Shown here: in pieces, positions 1 through 13,200 of the stretch
Numbering within the stretch: position 1 is the first letter of the stretch
Layout of the letters: each line of letters begins with the position of its first letter
DNA from: Eledone cirrhosa
Lineage: Eukaryota
Length of the DNA: 64,000 nucleotides
Direction: 5' to 3'
Assembly (NCBI GenBank): GCA_964016885.1
Contig: OZ024743.1
Span: forward strand, 90,086,001 to 90,150,000
Translations under genes and position numbers: made by a program
Notes under the pieces: model-generated
Seen by the model: only the letters and a program-made list of their open reading frames with translations
Database searches by the model: none
Told to the model about the DNA's origin: nothing

Positions 1-281
1 ATAGATAACAATTATTAACTTATTGCAGCATTTCATAGACAAGTTATAGTTATTGTTGATGTTGCTGCTATCGGAAAAATCTGAAATCTTAATAAGCGTT
101 GGTGGGGACGATTATTCGCAGTTGTGAGTAACTGCATGGAATGTTTTTGGTTGTTTTTTTTAAATTTATACCCATACAAAAACCCTTCGGAATTTCTCAG
201 AATGTCCGTTCAGAATTCAAACAAAAAAATAAGGTTTGGGTTTTAGTTAAATTGAATTTTTTTTTTTTTTGTCTGCATACT

Positions 282-925
282 GGTGATTGTGTAGTTAAAG
301 CATTCACTTCGCAACCACATGGATTTGGGTTCGGTACTTCCGTGTGGCACCTTCAGCATTATCTTCTTTTGTAGAAATGGGCAGACCAATAGCTTGTGAG
401 TGAAGACGCATGGCTTAGTGGTTAGAGCATTGGGCTTGCAATCGAAAGGTTGTGAGTTCAATTCTCGGACCGGGTGATGTGTTGTTTCCTTGAGCAAGAC
501 ACTTTATTTCACGTTGCTCCAGTTTACTCAGCTGTAGAAATGAGATGATAGGGACTGCGGTCCCTATCATTAAAACACCCAAGACACTTCCAATTAGGTA
601 CAACCTTGGAGGAGGCCAGCCAAACCTACATAGGTGTGAGCTGTAACAACAACAACAACAATAGCTTGTGAGCGAGACTTAGTTGACGGAAATTGTGTGG
701 GAGCTTGTCATAAGTCTGTGAGCGTGTGTGTGTGTGTTTAATTTGTTTTTTGTGTATAACCCTAATTTATCTTTCGACAAAAAAGAGATCGATAAAATTA
801 GTACGAGATTTGAAAAGGAAAAAAAAGCAGCCACTGAGGTCAATATCATTGACGACTGAATCGCTTGAAGGTGATGCTCCAGCATGATCTCAGTCATTAG
901 ACTGAGACCAGTAAAAAAGTAAAAA
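282..925 (+). mobile_element. Older tRNA-headed SINE-like element, interrupted by a younger SINE
   Basis: Degenerate A/B-box head (tgtgtagttaaagc...gggttcggtac), internal (TG)n and an A-rich tail. Its sequence resumes after the duplicated caatagcttgtgag at 659-672. Confidence 0.5.
401..658 (+). mobile_element. tRNA-derived SINE (family A) with (AAC)n tail and target-site duplication
   Basis: A box TGGCTTAGTGG and B box GAGTTCAATTC. The first ~165 bp are near-identical to the copy at 14945-15112. Flanked by a 14-bp direct repeat caatagcttgtgag (387-400 and 659-672). Confidence 0.8.
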
Positions 926-1184
926 GAACGTATGGCGACGGTAAACAGTAGTCACGCCTCCATCCGCCCAGCTAGCCGGAAAAAAGCTATAAATCAAGAC
1001 AACCACACAGAGAACAAACATACAAACTGAACAACAATAAACCACATTGTAGAAGAGACATACTTTGAATGAAATATAACATTAATTGTAGAAGACAACA
1101 TCTAATCTAATATGCATACATACAAATAATGACGTATGAACAATTACTGTCATATATTATATAGATACAATAACGACAACAACA

Positions 1185-1480
1185 GACACTAACACTGACA
1201 CTCATGCACACACACATAGTCACACAACATACATACACTCATGCACACACACACTCATGCATACACACACACAGACAATCATGCATACACACACGCAATC
1301 ATGCATACACACACACACACTCATGCACACACACACACACACTCATGCACACACTCACACAGAGACACACATCTACATGTACATGTACACTCATGCACAC
1401 ACACACGTGAAAATAGATGCACCCACACATACACACACACACACAAAGATACATACACTCATGTACACACACACACACCA
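1185..1480. repeat. (CA)n-rich compound microsatellite with recurring ctcatgcac
   Basis: Directly visible. Confidence 0.9.
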
Positions 1481-1698
1481 AACAAACGGTCGGTTTTTTT
1501 TCCTTTGTTGGCAAAGTAACACAAAAGATGGACATGACAAAACTCAGGTAAAAGCAAACAAAACTATGGGAAGTGGGACAGCGTCTCCCGGCCTAGAAAA
1601 TATATCCAAAAAGTGGCAACACAGACGGTCACGTTTTTTAATCATGACTGAAAAATTGCGAGTTTTCAGTTGGTTTCAAAACAGTAACTGGAAGAATC

Positions 1699-4600
1699 AG
1701 GGGTCCTTTCTGATGTGTAGCAACGAAGGTGGTCATGGTTTCGGGGCCCTTTCTGATGTGTAGCAACGAGCGTGGTCGTGTTTTGGGGCCCTTTCTGATG
1801 TGTAGCAACGAAGGTGGCCATGTTTTGGGGCCCTTTCTGATGTGTAGCAACGAAGGTGGCCATGTTTTGGGGGTCCTTTCTGATGTGTAGCAACGAACGT
1901 GGTCGTGTTTTGGGGGCCCTTTCTGATGTGTAGCAACGAACGTGGTCGTGTTTTGGGGGCCCTTTCTGATGTGTAGCAACGAGCGTGGTCGTGTTTTGGG
2001 GCCCTTTCTGATGTGTAGCAACGAAGGTGGCCATGTTTTGGGGGTCCTTTCTGATGTATAGCAACGAACGTGGGCATGTTTTGGGGGTCCTTTCTGATGT
2101 GTAGCAACGAACGTGGTCATGTTTTGGGGCCCTTTCTGATGTGTAGCAACGAACGTGGTCATGTTTTGGGGCCCTTTCTGATGTGTAGCAACGAAGGTGG
2201 CCATGTTTTGGGGGCCCTTTCTGATGTGTAGCAACGAAGGTGGCCATGTTTTGGGGGTCCTTTCTGATGTGTAGCGACGAACGTGGTCGTGTTTTGGGGG
2301 GCCCTTTCTGATGTGTAGCAACGAACGTGGTCATGTTTTGGGGGTCCTTTTTGATGTGTAGCAACGAACATGGTCATGTTTTGGGGATCCTTTCTGATGT
2401 GTAGTAACGAACGTGGTCATGTTTTTGGGGTCCTTTCTGATGTGTAGCAACGAACGTGGTCGTGTTTTGGGGCCCTTTCTGATGTGTAGCAACGAACGTG
2501 GTCATGTTTTGGGGGCCCTTTCTGATGTGTAGCAACGAACGTGGTCATGTTTTGGGGTCCATTCTGATGTGTAGCAACGAACGTGGTCATGTTTTGGGGG
2601 CCCTTTCTGATGTGTAGCAACGAACGTGGTCATATTTTGGGGGCCCTTTCTAATGTGTAGCAACGAAGGTGGCCATGTTTGGGGGTCCTTTCTGATGTGT
2701 AGCAACGAAGGTGGTCATGTTTTGAGGTCCTTTCTGATGTGTAGCAACGAACGTGGTCATGTTTTGGGGGCCCTTTCTGATGTGTAGCAACGAACGTGGT
2801 CATGTTTTGGGGGCCCTTTCTGATGTGTAGCAACGAAGGTGGTCATGTTTTGGGGGCCTTTTCTGATATGTAGCAACGGACGTGGTCATGTTTTGGGGGC
2901 CCTTTCTGATGTGTAGCAACGAACGTGGGCATGTTTTGGGGGTCCTTTCTGATGTGTAGCAACGAACGTAGCCATGTTTTAGGGGGCCTTTCTGATGTGT
3001 AGCAACGAAGGTGGCCATGTTCTGGGGGTCCTTTCTGATGTGTAGCAACGAAGGTGACCATGTTTTGGGGGTCCTTTCTGATGTGTAGCAACGAATGTCG
3101 TCGTGTTTTGGGGGTCCTTTCTGATGTGTAGCAACGAAGGTGGCCATGTTTTGGGGGTCTTTTCTGATGTGTAGCAACGAACGTGCTTATGTTTTGGTGG
3201 CCCTTTCTGATGTGTAACAACGAACGTGGGCATGTTTTGGGGGTCCTTTTTGATGTGTAGAAACGAACGTGGCCATGTTTTAGGGGGCCTTTCTGATGTG
3301 TAGCAACGAATGTGGTCATGTTTTGGGGGTCCTTTCTGATGTGTAGCAACGAAGGTGGCCATGTTTTGGGGGTCCTTTCTGATGTGTAGCAACGAATGTG
3401 GTCATGTTTTGGGGGTCCTTTCTGATGTGTAGCAACGAAGGTGACCATGTTTTGGGGGTCCTTTCTGATGTGTAGCAACGAATGTGGTCGTGTTTTGTGG
3501 GTCCTTTCTGATGTGTAGCAACGAACGTGGTCATGTTTTGGGGGTCCTTTCTGATGTGTAGCAACGAACGTGGCCATGTTTTAGGGGCCCTTTCTGATGT
3601 GTAGCAACGAAGGTGGCCATGTTCTGGGGGTCCTTTCTGATGTGTAGCAACGAAGGTGACCATGTTTTGGGGGTCCTTTCTGATGTGTAGCAACGAACGT
3701 GGTCATGTTTTGGGGGCCCTTTCTGATGTGTAGCAACGAACGTGGTCATGTTTTGGGGTCCATTCTGATGTGTAGCAACGAACGTGGTCATGTTTTGGGG
3801 GCCCTTTCTGATGTGTAGCAACGAACGTGGTCATATTTTGGGGGCCCTTTCTGATGTGTAGCAACGAAGGTGGCCATGTTTGGGGGTCCTTTCTGATGTG
3901 TAGCAACGAAGGTGGTCATGTTTTGAGGTCCTTTCTGATGTGTAGCAACGAACGTGGTCATGTTTTGGGGGCCCTTTCTGATGTGTAGCAACGAACGTGG
4001 TCATGTTTTGGGGGCCCTTTCTGATGTGTAGCAACGAAGGTGGTCATGTTTTGGGGGCCTTTTCTGATATGTAGCAACGGACGTGGTCATGTTTTGGGGG
4101 CCCTTTCTGATGTGTAGCAACGAACGTGGGCATGTTTTGGGGGTTCTTTCTGATGTGTAGCAACGAACGTGCTTATGTTTTGGTGGCCCTTTCTGATGTG
4201 TAACAACGAACGTGGGCATGTTTTGGGGGTCCTTTTTGATGTGTAGAAACGAACGTGGCCATGTTTTAGGGGGCCTTTCTGATGTGTAGCAACGAATGTG
4301 GTCATGTTTTGGGGGTCCTTTCTGATGTGTAGCAACGAAGGTGGCCATGTTTTGGGGGTCCTTTCTGATGTGTAGCAACGAATGTGGTCATGTTTTGGGG
4401 GTCCTTTCTGATGTGTAGCAACGAAGGTGACCATGTTTTGGGGGTCCTTTCTGATGTGTAGCAACGAATGTGGTCGTGTTTTGTGGGTCCTTTCTGATGT
4501 GTAGCAACGAACGTGGTCATGTTTTGGGGGTCCTTTCTGATGTGTAGCAACGAACGTGGCCATGTTTTAGGGGCCCTTTCTGATGTGTAGCAATGAAGGT

Positions 4601-5257
4601 GGCCATGTTTTGGGGGCCCTTTCTGATGTGTAGCAACGAATGTGGTCATGTTTTGGGGGTCCTTTCTGATGTGTAGCAACGAAGGTGGCCATGTTTTGGG
4701 GGCCCTTTCTGATGTGTAGCAACGAAGGTGGCCATGTTCTGGGGGTCCTTTCTGATGTGTAGCAACGAAGGTGACCATGTTTTGGGGGTCCTTTCTGATG
4801 TGTAGCAACGAATGTGGTCGTGTTTTGTGGGTCCTTTCTGATGTGTAGCAACGAATGTGGTCGTGTTTTGTGGGTCCTTTCTGATGTGTAGCAACGAAGG
4901 TGGCCATGTTTTGGGTGTCCTTTCTGATGTGTAGCAACGAATGTGGTCGTGTTTTGGGGGTCCTTTCTGATGTGTAGCATCGAAGGTGGCCATATTTTGG
5001 GTGTCCTTTCTGATGTGTAGCAACGAATGTGGTCGTGTTTTGGGGGTCCTTTCTGATGTGTAGCAACGAATGTGGTCGTGTTTTAGGTGTCCTTTCTGAT
5101 GTGTAGCAACGAATGTGGTCGTGTTTTGGGGGTCCTTTCTGATGTGTAGCAACGAATGTGGTCGTGTTTTGGGGTTCCTTTCTGATGTGTAGCAACGAAT
5201 GTGGTCGTGTTTTGGGGTTCCTTTCTGATGTGTAGCAACGAATGTGGTCGTGTTTTA
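1699..5257. repeat. 43-bp tandem satellite, about 83 copies
   Basis: Unit gggtcctttctgatgtgtagcaacgaacgtggtcatgttttgg. Variation is concentrated just after caacgaa and in G-run length. Confidence 0.97.
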
Positions 5258-5308
5258 GGTAAGGCCTTGTCTCAACTCATCCCGTGAAAACCCATGCCAC
5301 CGTCGTAA

Positions 5309-5428
5309 ATGATGATGAAGATATGTTGATGACGATGATGATGATGATGAGGAGGAGGAGGAGGAGGAAGAGGATGAGGAGGGGGAGGAGGGGGAGGAGG
5401 AGGAGGAGGAGGAGGAGGAGGAGGAGGA
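5309..5428. repeat. (GAT)n-(GAG)n trinucleotide microsatellite
   Basis: Directly visible. Confidence 0.9.
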
Positions 5429-5820
5429 TATCCACACATTAAATTTGAGCCCCACTATTTAGGCCAAATAGGAGGGTGATAATTAAGAAGTATCAGCACT
5501 TTTGTGGGTGCGGTGTCAGTGCAGAGATGACTGGAAGGGATATCTATATAGTCGGTGCCGGGATAAATTTACAAGTCTTAATGTCCCCAGAAGACTACAG
5601 AGTGACATCGGAGCTGAGCCCAGTTGAGAAGGTGGAAATATAAGACATGAGACTGATGGTACAGAGCCAAAGCCCACTTGTTATAGCTATCTTTATATAC
5701 TATTCAATATTACTTTTTTTCTGGTGGAAGAGAAAATGTTAAGACGAAAAAGGTCCTCTCAAAAAAGAATGAAGAATTAATTTTCGAATACACAGAAACG
5801 AATTTCGAAATAGATTAATA

Positions 5821-6018
5821 GAATTCCAGACCTGTCAAACTGTAAAAGCCCAAACGGGGAGTACCATGAAAAAAAGTGTCCCCAAACAGGGAGAAATGAA
5901 GCAAAATGGGGAGATTTTACATAATGAAAGCTATACCCATTTTCACAAGAGAAGACATTTCTCACCCACTCAAAAGGGTAGGAGGTCTCTCCGTCGGGCG
6001 GGGACAGGTCTGGAATTC
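5821..6018. mobile_element. MITE with 16-bp terminal inverted repeat
   Basis: gaattccagacctgtc (5821-5836) and gacaggtctggaattc (6003-6018) are a perfect inverted pair around ~165 bp of non-coding DNA. Confidence 0.6.
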
Positions 6019-6477
6019 AAAAATGATAAATAGAAAAAAATGAAAAGTAAACAAAGATTCACTGTACAGTCACAATTTATTAGATGAAAACTTAAATTTG
6101 TATGACATAAACAAAAGTACTAACAACACAAACTTGTACGTTACTAACAAAAGTATTAACAATAGTTCCTTTGCTAGGATTACAAATAGAGGTATGAACC
6201 TAATCCATTCAAAGAAAGAAGTATGGAAGTAATATGTTACAATAAAGTGTGACTTCTTGCCTGAAGAATATCTCCAATGTTGGGCAATAAGTTAAATGAC
6301 ATAACTCTCAAATGTAAGTGCTGTCATCTCAGGGAGTTCTTGTTTATCTAATTGTTCCAGTGTTATTAGTAACACAGAAAAAAAAACCTTGAATGTGGGG
6401 AGTTTACATAAAAATGTTCAGTATAGCAAAGTTATCAACAAACGCAAATCTTCCTGACCATATTAACAGAGTGGGAT

Positions 6478-6662
6478 TTGGATTGGCAGTATCGGTAGAG
6501 GGTCGGACACCATGCTTTGATGCATAGAGTTACGACCCTTGCCATTCTGAGTTCAAATTCCGCCAAGGTTAACTTTGCCTTTCATCCTTACGGGATCGAT
6601 AAAATAAAGTACCAGTAATGTAATGGGTAATTGCTGGCCTTGTGCCAAAAGTAGAAACAATT
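6478..6662 (+). mobile_element. tRNA-derived SINE (family B)
   Basis: ggattggcagtatcggtagag...gagttcaaattcc...tttcatcc...gataaaataaagtaccagt. Homologous copies at ~18166, ~29423 and, reversed, ~23290 and ~28835. Confidence 0.75.
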
Positions 6663-7025
6663 ATCAGAGTGGGAAAAAAACTAAAAAAAAACTACCCTCA
6701 CTTGTATCGCTAAGAAGTCAAAATTTTATTTAATAATTTTTAAGTGATGTTTCAAACATCAGCTTGATAATGATAAAATTATTTTATCAAATTCTGCCAA
6801 ATTTTTTTTATTATTATTATTTTTTTTATTATTATTATTTTCAAAATTAATTGAAAGATAAAGGCAATATATTTCGTTTGAAGCATGGTAACAAAAAAGG
6901 TTAAGTTCGATTTAAGTGTACGGGATTTCTGCTTCCTTCTTTCACCAACTTTTTGTTGTTTTTTTTTGTTTTGTTTGCTTTTTTTGTCTTTGAATTCTAG
7001 TATGAAATTTTGGAAAACCTTCGTT

Positions 7026-7373
7026 TACTCTCAGATCTTGAATAATCGTCCACCCCCACCCCACTTATTAATTTTTCATATTTTTTCCACTCCCACCCCC
7101 ACCACTACCACTTATTAAATTTTGCTAATCTATCTCCAGCGAAATTTTATTGTAAGTAATTCATATCGATACAGCAGCTGAAGAATCTAATAATTTTATT
7201 TTACATTAAAAAACATTATATATTACAAAAAAGAATATTACAATAAATCCCATATTTACGAACGTACACTATCCAATTATAAATCTCCTCTCCCGTTTAT
7301 TCCATCCCTACCCCCTGCTTATAATAACTTAAGCAAATGTCCACTCCACCCTATTATTTGGGACCCGAGAGTA
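7026..7373. mobile_element. MITE with ~21-bp imperfect TIRs and TA ends (Tc1/mariner-like)
   Basis: tactctcagatcttgaataat ... attatttgggacccgagagta (reverse complement tactctcgggtcccaaataat). Confidence 0.55.
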
Positions 7374-7499
7374 GTTGATGTTGCTAATATTCTGATGACA
7401 CAATCTCATTTCTGCAAAATATATGTGAAGTCTTATAAGAAATGTCATTATATAACATTTACTAAAAATGTCACAGTCTAATATAATTGTAAATGGCAA

Positions 7500-7880
7500 A
7501 TTGACAGAAGGTTTAGAGGATCAGGCAAACTGCCTTGGTTTATTCTGGTTTCCTTCGTTCTGAGTTCAAATCCCACCAGTGTCAACTTTATGATTCATTT
7601 TTTCCGAGATTATTGAATAAATAAATTGCCAGTTTAGAGAGAGACTTGCAGAAGTATTAGAGTGTCGGAGGGGACGCCTTGCGGTATTTTTTCTGGCTCC
7701 CTTCATTCAGAGTTCAAATCCCACCAAGGTCAACTTTGCTATTCATTTTTTCGGGCTTCATAAATTAATAACCACTTCAGAGTGATAGTTTAGCAGAATT
7801 ATTAGAACATCGGGGGGAATGCCTTGCGGTGTTTGTTCCAGCCCTCTGCGTTCTAAGTTTATATCCCACCATGGATTACT
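7500..7880 (+). mobile_element. Three head-to-tail truncated family-B SINE heads
   Basis: Three repeats of cagaa..ttagag...gccttg...gttc.gagttcaaatcccacca, spaced ~145-150 bp apart. Confidence 0.6.
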
Positions 7881-8414
7881 TGAGTGAAGATAGAATTAAT
7901 CAGTTGCCCAGTTTAACACCACCATCAGAGTCCATTGATTTACAAGCATTCGGGCTAAATCTGCAGTCTGGGATATGCCCGCCCCCGCACAAGTCTTAGA
8001 ATCCCCTGAAAAAATGGGTCATGGAAACTACCTTTTCTCTTGACTAAGCGATATTGCTATCATTCGGACCAGATTTGTGGTTGGGGATACACCTTCATCA
8101 CTTATATCCCACAAATCTTGAAGGCTCCTGGAAAACGGGGACAGGGATACTACCCTTTCCCCTAACGAAGTGGTAGGAGTAAGTAATCTCGAAATCTGAA
8201 CTTTGGCAAGAAATGAAAAATAAAGATAAGTGTGGTAGGTGTGTGTGGGGGGGGGGCATTAAGTTCTGTCAATCATATTCAATCATCCGGCAAGAAAATT
8301 TATTGTGTGATACACCAACACTGGCAGGAATCGAAAACAGATCAGATTGCTCTCTCTCTCTCTCTCTCTCTCCCCTACTTTTATCGCCGCCTCTCTTCGA
8401 AATGGCAAATATCA

Positions 8415-9130
8415 GTTCCTCTTCCTCTTCCTCTTCCTTCTTCTTCTTCTTCTTCTTCATTCCTGAGAGGGTCGTGGGGCGAAGAGTCCTCAAACAATCT
8501 TTCCAGCAGGTCCTGTCAAAAGCAACCTTCTCCAAATAATCCGACTGGATCCCCAAGCTCGATCAGCCAAGCTCATCTATGTTATCTAACCATCTTGCTT
8601 GGGGTACCCCCGGGATCTCCTGTCAGTTGGTTTTGCCCATAAAACCTGTCCAGCGGTTTTTTTTTGGGGGGGGGGGGTCCTGAGGCATTCTAACCACTTG
8701 TCCATAGTATCAGAGCTGTGATCTCTCAATTCGGAGAAGAAGTGGCTCTACCTGGAGTGACTCTCTCATCTCCGACCTATGCACTCTATCCCATTTTGGC
8801 CGCTTGTGCTCGCGATCATATTTTTTCAGTTATTACCCATTTTTCAGTCATTACCCATTTTTCAGTCATTACCCAAGATTTATGACCATAGGCAAGGGTT
8901 TGCAGGAATACCGAATTGAAGATAACGAGTTTGGCTTTTACACCTACTCCCTTCTTCTGATAACTGAATGCTGAAGCTGGTACATTACTGCACCAGCTTT
9001 TGCACTTCATGCACTTAATGCAGCCTCCTGCCTTCCATCAGTCGTGAACACGGCTCCGAGATACTTGAACTTCTCTAGCTGCTTCAGTAGGACTCCCATT
9101 TACATGGAGTGCACTGCACAGGTTTCCTTG
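8415..9130 (-). mobile_element. RTE-clade LINE 3' fragment (decayed ORF C-terminus) with (GAA/GAG)n tail
   Basis: Minus-strand pieces read KAKLVIFNSVFLQTLAYGHKSWVMTEK, DRVHRSEMRESLQVEPLLLRIERSQL and DRTCWKDCL, typical of the RTE post-RT region. Contains frameshifts, stops and an 18-bp triplication (WVMTEK x3). Confidence 0.8.
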
Positions 9131-9554
9131 GTCATTGCTGAAATATCAGTTCCATTTAACAAAATTACTAATTACATGAACGGAGAGAGAAGTTGGACGA
9201 GGAAGGCGGAGAAGGTGGGAAATGACTAGTGAGCCTGTCGGAGCCGAAACTACGTCTGAGATCAACCAAGACTGTAAGGACATCTGGTGGTTAGTTATGT
9301 TCAGACATTTAGATCAAGATAGCGGATGGAGTGAAGTGGAGTGGGGAAATTAGGGGTAAGGTTAGGGTGGGGTTAGGGTAGAGTAGGGGAGAGATGTGAG
9401 AAAGTTATGAGATAAGGACAAGATCCTGTCTGGTGTTTGACAGGCTTGGAACATTTAGACAGCCAGGAATGTTGGCCAACACTTGCCTGTTAAGCACTGT
9501 CTCCACCCACAATCACCCTACTCCCACCCACACCTTCTTATCTCTATCCTGTCA

Positions 9555-9886
9555 GCACACACACATACATACACTCAAATACACACACACACAATTACGC
9601 ACATACATACAATTACATACATACATTCACATACATACACACAGGGGTAGATACATACACATATGCATGTACATACACATACACACATGCACATACACAT
9701 AAACACACTTACGTTCGCGCACACACACACACACACACACACGCGCAGACACATACGCATATGCACGTAAACACATGCACACGCGTACACACAAATATGT
9801 ACAAACATACATGCACACAGACACACGCACACACGCAGACAGATATACACGCATATAGTACATACACATGCATCCACACACACACA

Positions 9887-9947
<61 letters not shown>
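9555..9947. repeat. (CA)n compound microsatellite
   Basis: Directly visible. Confidence 0.9.
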
Positions 9948-9949
<2 letters not shown>

Positions 9950-10210
9950 TCCACCAGGTGGTCACAGTTCATTGGGAGTTGTGCAACATTCTCTGTCACA
10001 CTTCACCTTTCAAATGGTTCGCTTTAATAGATTTCAACGGAGCAGGGAAAATACTGATACACTCTATAGTTGAGGGTTGTTGACATTGAGGGAGACGGGA
10101 TGGGAGTTGGGGGAAGTGGTGGGACAGAGACAAGGATTGAGAGAAGGAAAAAGAGAAGGAAGGAAATGAGATAGAGAGGATAGAGAGAAGGAGAAAGAGT
10201 AGAAGGAAGC

Positions 10211-13200
10211 TATGGTGTAGTACAGTATACTGTAGTGTGGTGTGGTGTAGTATACTGTAGTGTGGTGTAGTGTAGTCTTGTGTGGTGTGGTGTAATGTAG
10301 TATGGTGTAGTGTAGTATACTGTAGTGTGGTGTGGTGTAGTGTAGTATACTGTAGTGTGGTGTGGTGTAGTGTAGTATAGTATAGTGTAGTGTGCTGCGG
10401 TGTAGTATAGTATACTGTAGTGCGGTGTGGTGTAGTGTGGTGTAGTATAGTATACTGTAGTGTGGTGTAGTATAGTATAGTATAGTGTAGTGTGGTGTGG
10501 TGTAGTATAGTATAGTATAGTGTAGTGTGGTGTGGTGTAGTATAGTATACTGTAGTATGGTGTGGTGTAGTATAGTATACTGTAGTGTGGTGTGGTGTAG
10601 TATAGTGTGGTGTGGTGTAGTGTGATGTGGTGTGGTGTAGTGTAGTGTGATGTGGTGTAGTGTAGTATGGTGTAGTGTGCTGTGGTGTAGTATAGTATAC
10701 TGTAGTGTGGTGTGGTGTAGTGTAGTATACTGTAGTGTGGTGTGGTGTAGTGTAGTATACTGTAGTGTGGTGTAGTGTAGTATACTGTAGTGTGGTGTGG
10801 TGTAGTATAGTATAGTGTAGTGTGGTGTGGTGTAGTATAGTATACTGTAGTATGGTGTGGTGTAGTATAATATACTGTAGTGTGGTGTGGTGTAGTGTAG
10901 TATACTGTAGTGTGGTGTGGTGTAGTATGGTTACTATAGTATGGTGTACTATAGTATGGTGTAGTGTAGTGTGGTGTACAGTAGTATGGTGTAGTGTAGT
11001 ATGGTGTTGTGTAGTATGGTGTAGTGTAGTATGGTGTAGTGTAGTGTGGTGTACTGTAGTATGGTGTAGTGTAGTATGGTGTAGTGTAGTGTGGTGTACT
11101 GTAGTATGGTGTAGTGTAGTATGGTGTACTGTAGTGCGGTGTACTGTAGTGTGGTGTAGTGTAGTATGGTGTACTGTAGTATGGTGTAGTGTAGTATGGT
11201 GAACTGTAGTATGGTGTACTGTAGTGTGGTGTAGTGTAGTATGATGTACTGTAGTGTAGTGTAGTGTGGTGTAGTGTAGTATGGTGTAGTGTAGTATGGT
11301 GTACTGTAGTATGGTGTACTGTAGTATGGTGTACTGTAGTATGGTGTAGTGTAGTGTGGTGTAGTGTAGTATGGTGTAGTGTGCTGTGGTGTAGTATAGT
11401 ATACTGTAGTGTGGTGTGGTGTAGTGTAGTATACTGTAGTGTGGTGTGGTGTAGTGTAGTATACTGTAGTGTGGTGTGGTGTAGTGTAGTATACTGTAGT
11501 GTGGTGTAGTGTAGTATACTGTAGTGTGGTGTGGTGTAGTATAGTATAGTGTAGTGTGGTGTGGTGTAGTATAGAATAGTATAGTGTAGTGTGGTGCGGT
11601 GTAGTATAGTATACTGTAGTATGGTGTGGTGTAGTATAATATACTGTAGTGTGGTGTGGTGTAGTGTAGTATACTGTAGTGTGGTGTGGTGTAGTATAGT
11701 ATAGTGTAGTGTGGTGTGGTGTAGTAGAGTATACTGTAGTGTGGTGTGGTGTAGTGTAGTATAGTGTAGTGTGGTGTGGTGTAGTGTAGTATACTGTAGT
11801 GTGGTGTAGTGTAGTATAGTATACTGTAGTGTGCTGTGGTGTAGTGTAGTATAGTGTAGTGTGGTGTAGTGTGATGTACTGTAGTATGGTGTACTGTAGT
11901 GTGGTGTACTGTAGTATGGTGTAGTGTAGTGTGGTGTAGTGTAGTATGGTGTACTGTAGTATGGTGTACTGTAGTATGGTGTACTGTAGTATGGTGTAGT
12001 GTAGTGAGGTGTAGTGTAGTATGATGTAGTGTAGTGTGGTGTAGTGTAGTGTAGTATGGTGTACTGTAGTATGGTGTACTGTAGTATGGTGTACTGTAGT
12101 GTGGTGTACTGTAGTATGGTGTAGTGTAGTGTGGTGTACTGTAGTTTGGTGTAGTGTAGTGTGGTGTAGTGTAGTATGGTGTACTGTAGTATGGTGTACT
12201 GTAGTATGGTGTAGTGTAGTATGGTGTAGTGTAGTATGGTGTACTGTAGTGTGGTGTACTGTAGTGTGGTGTAGTGTAGTGTTGTGTAGTGTAGTATGGT
12301 GTAGTGTAGTGTGGTGTAGTGTAGTGTGGTGTAGTGTAGTATGGTGTACTGTAGTGTGGTGTACTCTAGTGTGGTGTACTGTAGTATGGTGTAGTGTAGT
12401 GTGGTGTAGTGTAGTATGGTGTACTGTAGTATGGTGTAGTGTAGTATGGTGTAGTGTGGTGTAGTGTAGTGTGGTGTAGTGTAGTATGGTGTAGTGTAGT
12501 GTGGTGTAGTGTAGTATGGTGTACTGTAGTATGGTGTACTGTAGTATGGTGTACTGTAGTATGGTGTACTGTAGTGTGATGTACTGTAGTGTGGTGTACT
12601 GTAGTATGGTGTACTGTAGTATGGTGTAGTGTAGTATGGTGTAGTGTGGTGTAGTGTAGTGTGGTGTAGTGTAGTATGGTGTAGTGTAGTGTGGTGTAGT
12701 GTAGTATGGTGTACTGTAGTATGGTGTAGTGTAGTATGGTGTAGTGTAGTGTGGTGTAGTGTAGTATGGTGTACTGTAGTATGGTGTAGTGTAGTATGGT
12801 GTAGTGTAGTGTGGTGTACTGTAGTGTGGTGTAGTGTAGTATGGTGTAGTGTAGTATGGTGTAGTGTAGTATGGTGTAGTTTAGTGTGATGTACTGTAGT
12901 GTGGTGTAGTGTAGTATGGTGTAGTGTAGTATGGTGTAGTGTAGTATGGTGTAGTGTAGTATGGTGTACTCTAGTGTGATGTACTGTAGTGTGGTGTAGT
13001 GTAGTATGGTGTAGTGTAGTGTGGTGTAGTGTAGTATGGTGTAGTGTAGTATGGTGTACTGTAGTGTGCTGTACTGTAGTGTGGTGTAGTGTAGTATGGT
13101 GTAGTGTAGTATGGTGTAGTGTAGTATGGTGTAGTGTAGTATGGTGTAGTGTAGTATGGTGTAGTGTAGTGTGGTGTAGTGTAGTGTGGTGTACTGTAGT

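Noticed and set aside
405-475. Possible tRNA gene
   Set aside because: It has A/B boxes but no proper acceptor stem, continues into a dispersed repeat body with tail and TSD, and is therefore a SINE head.
1638-5195. Many overlapping minus-strand ORFs (HIRK/ATHQK/RCYTSE), superficially zinc-finger-like
   Set aside because: They are the three frames of a 43-bp non-triplet repeat, with no C2H2 spacing.
1699-5257. CRISPR-like appearance (constant core plus variable part)
   Set aside because: Variable parts are point variants of one sequence, not unique spacers; no cas genes; eukaryotic context.
9222-9480. Possible hammerhead remnant (ctagtga...cgaaactacgtc) and Penelope-like RLGTFRQPGM peptide
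   Set aside because: The core is scrambled, stems I and II do not pair well, and the peptide similarity is too short to support.
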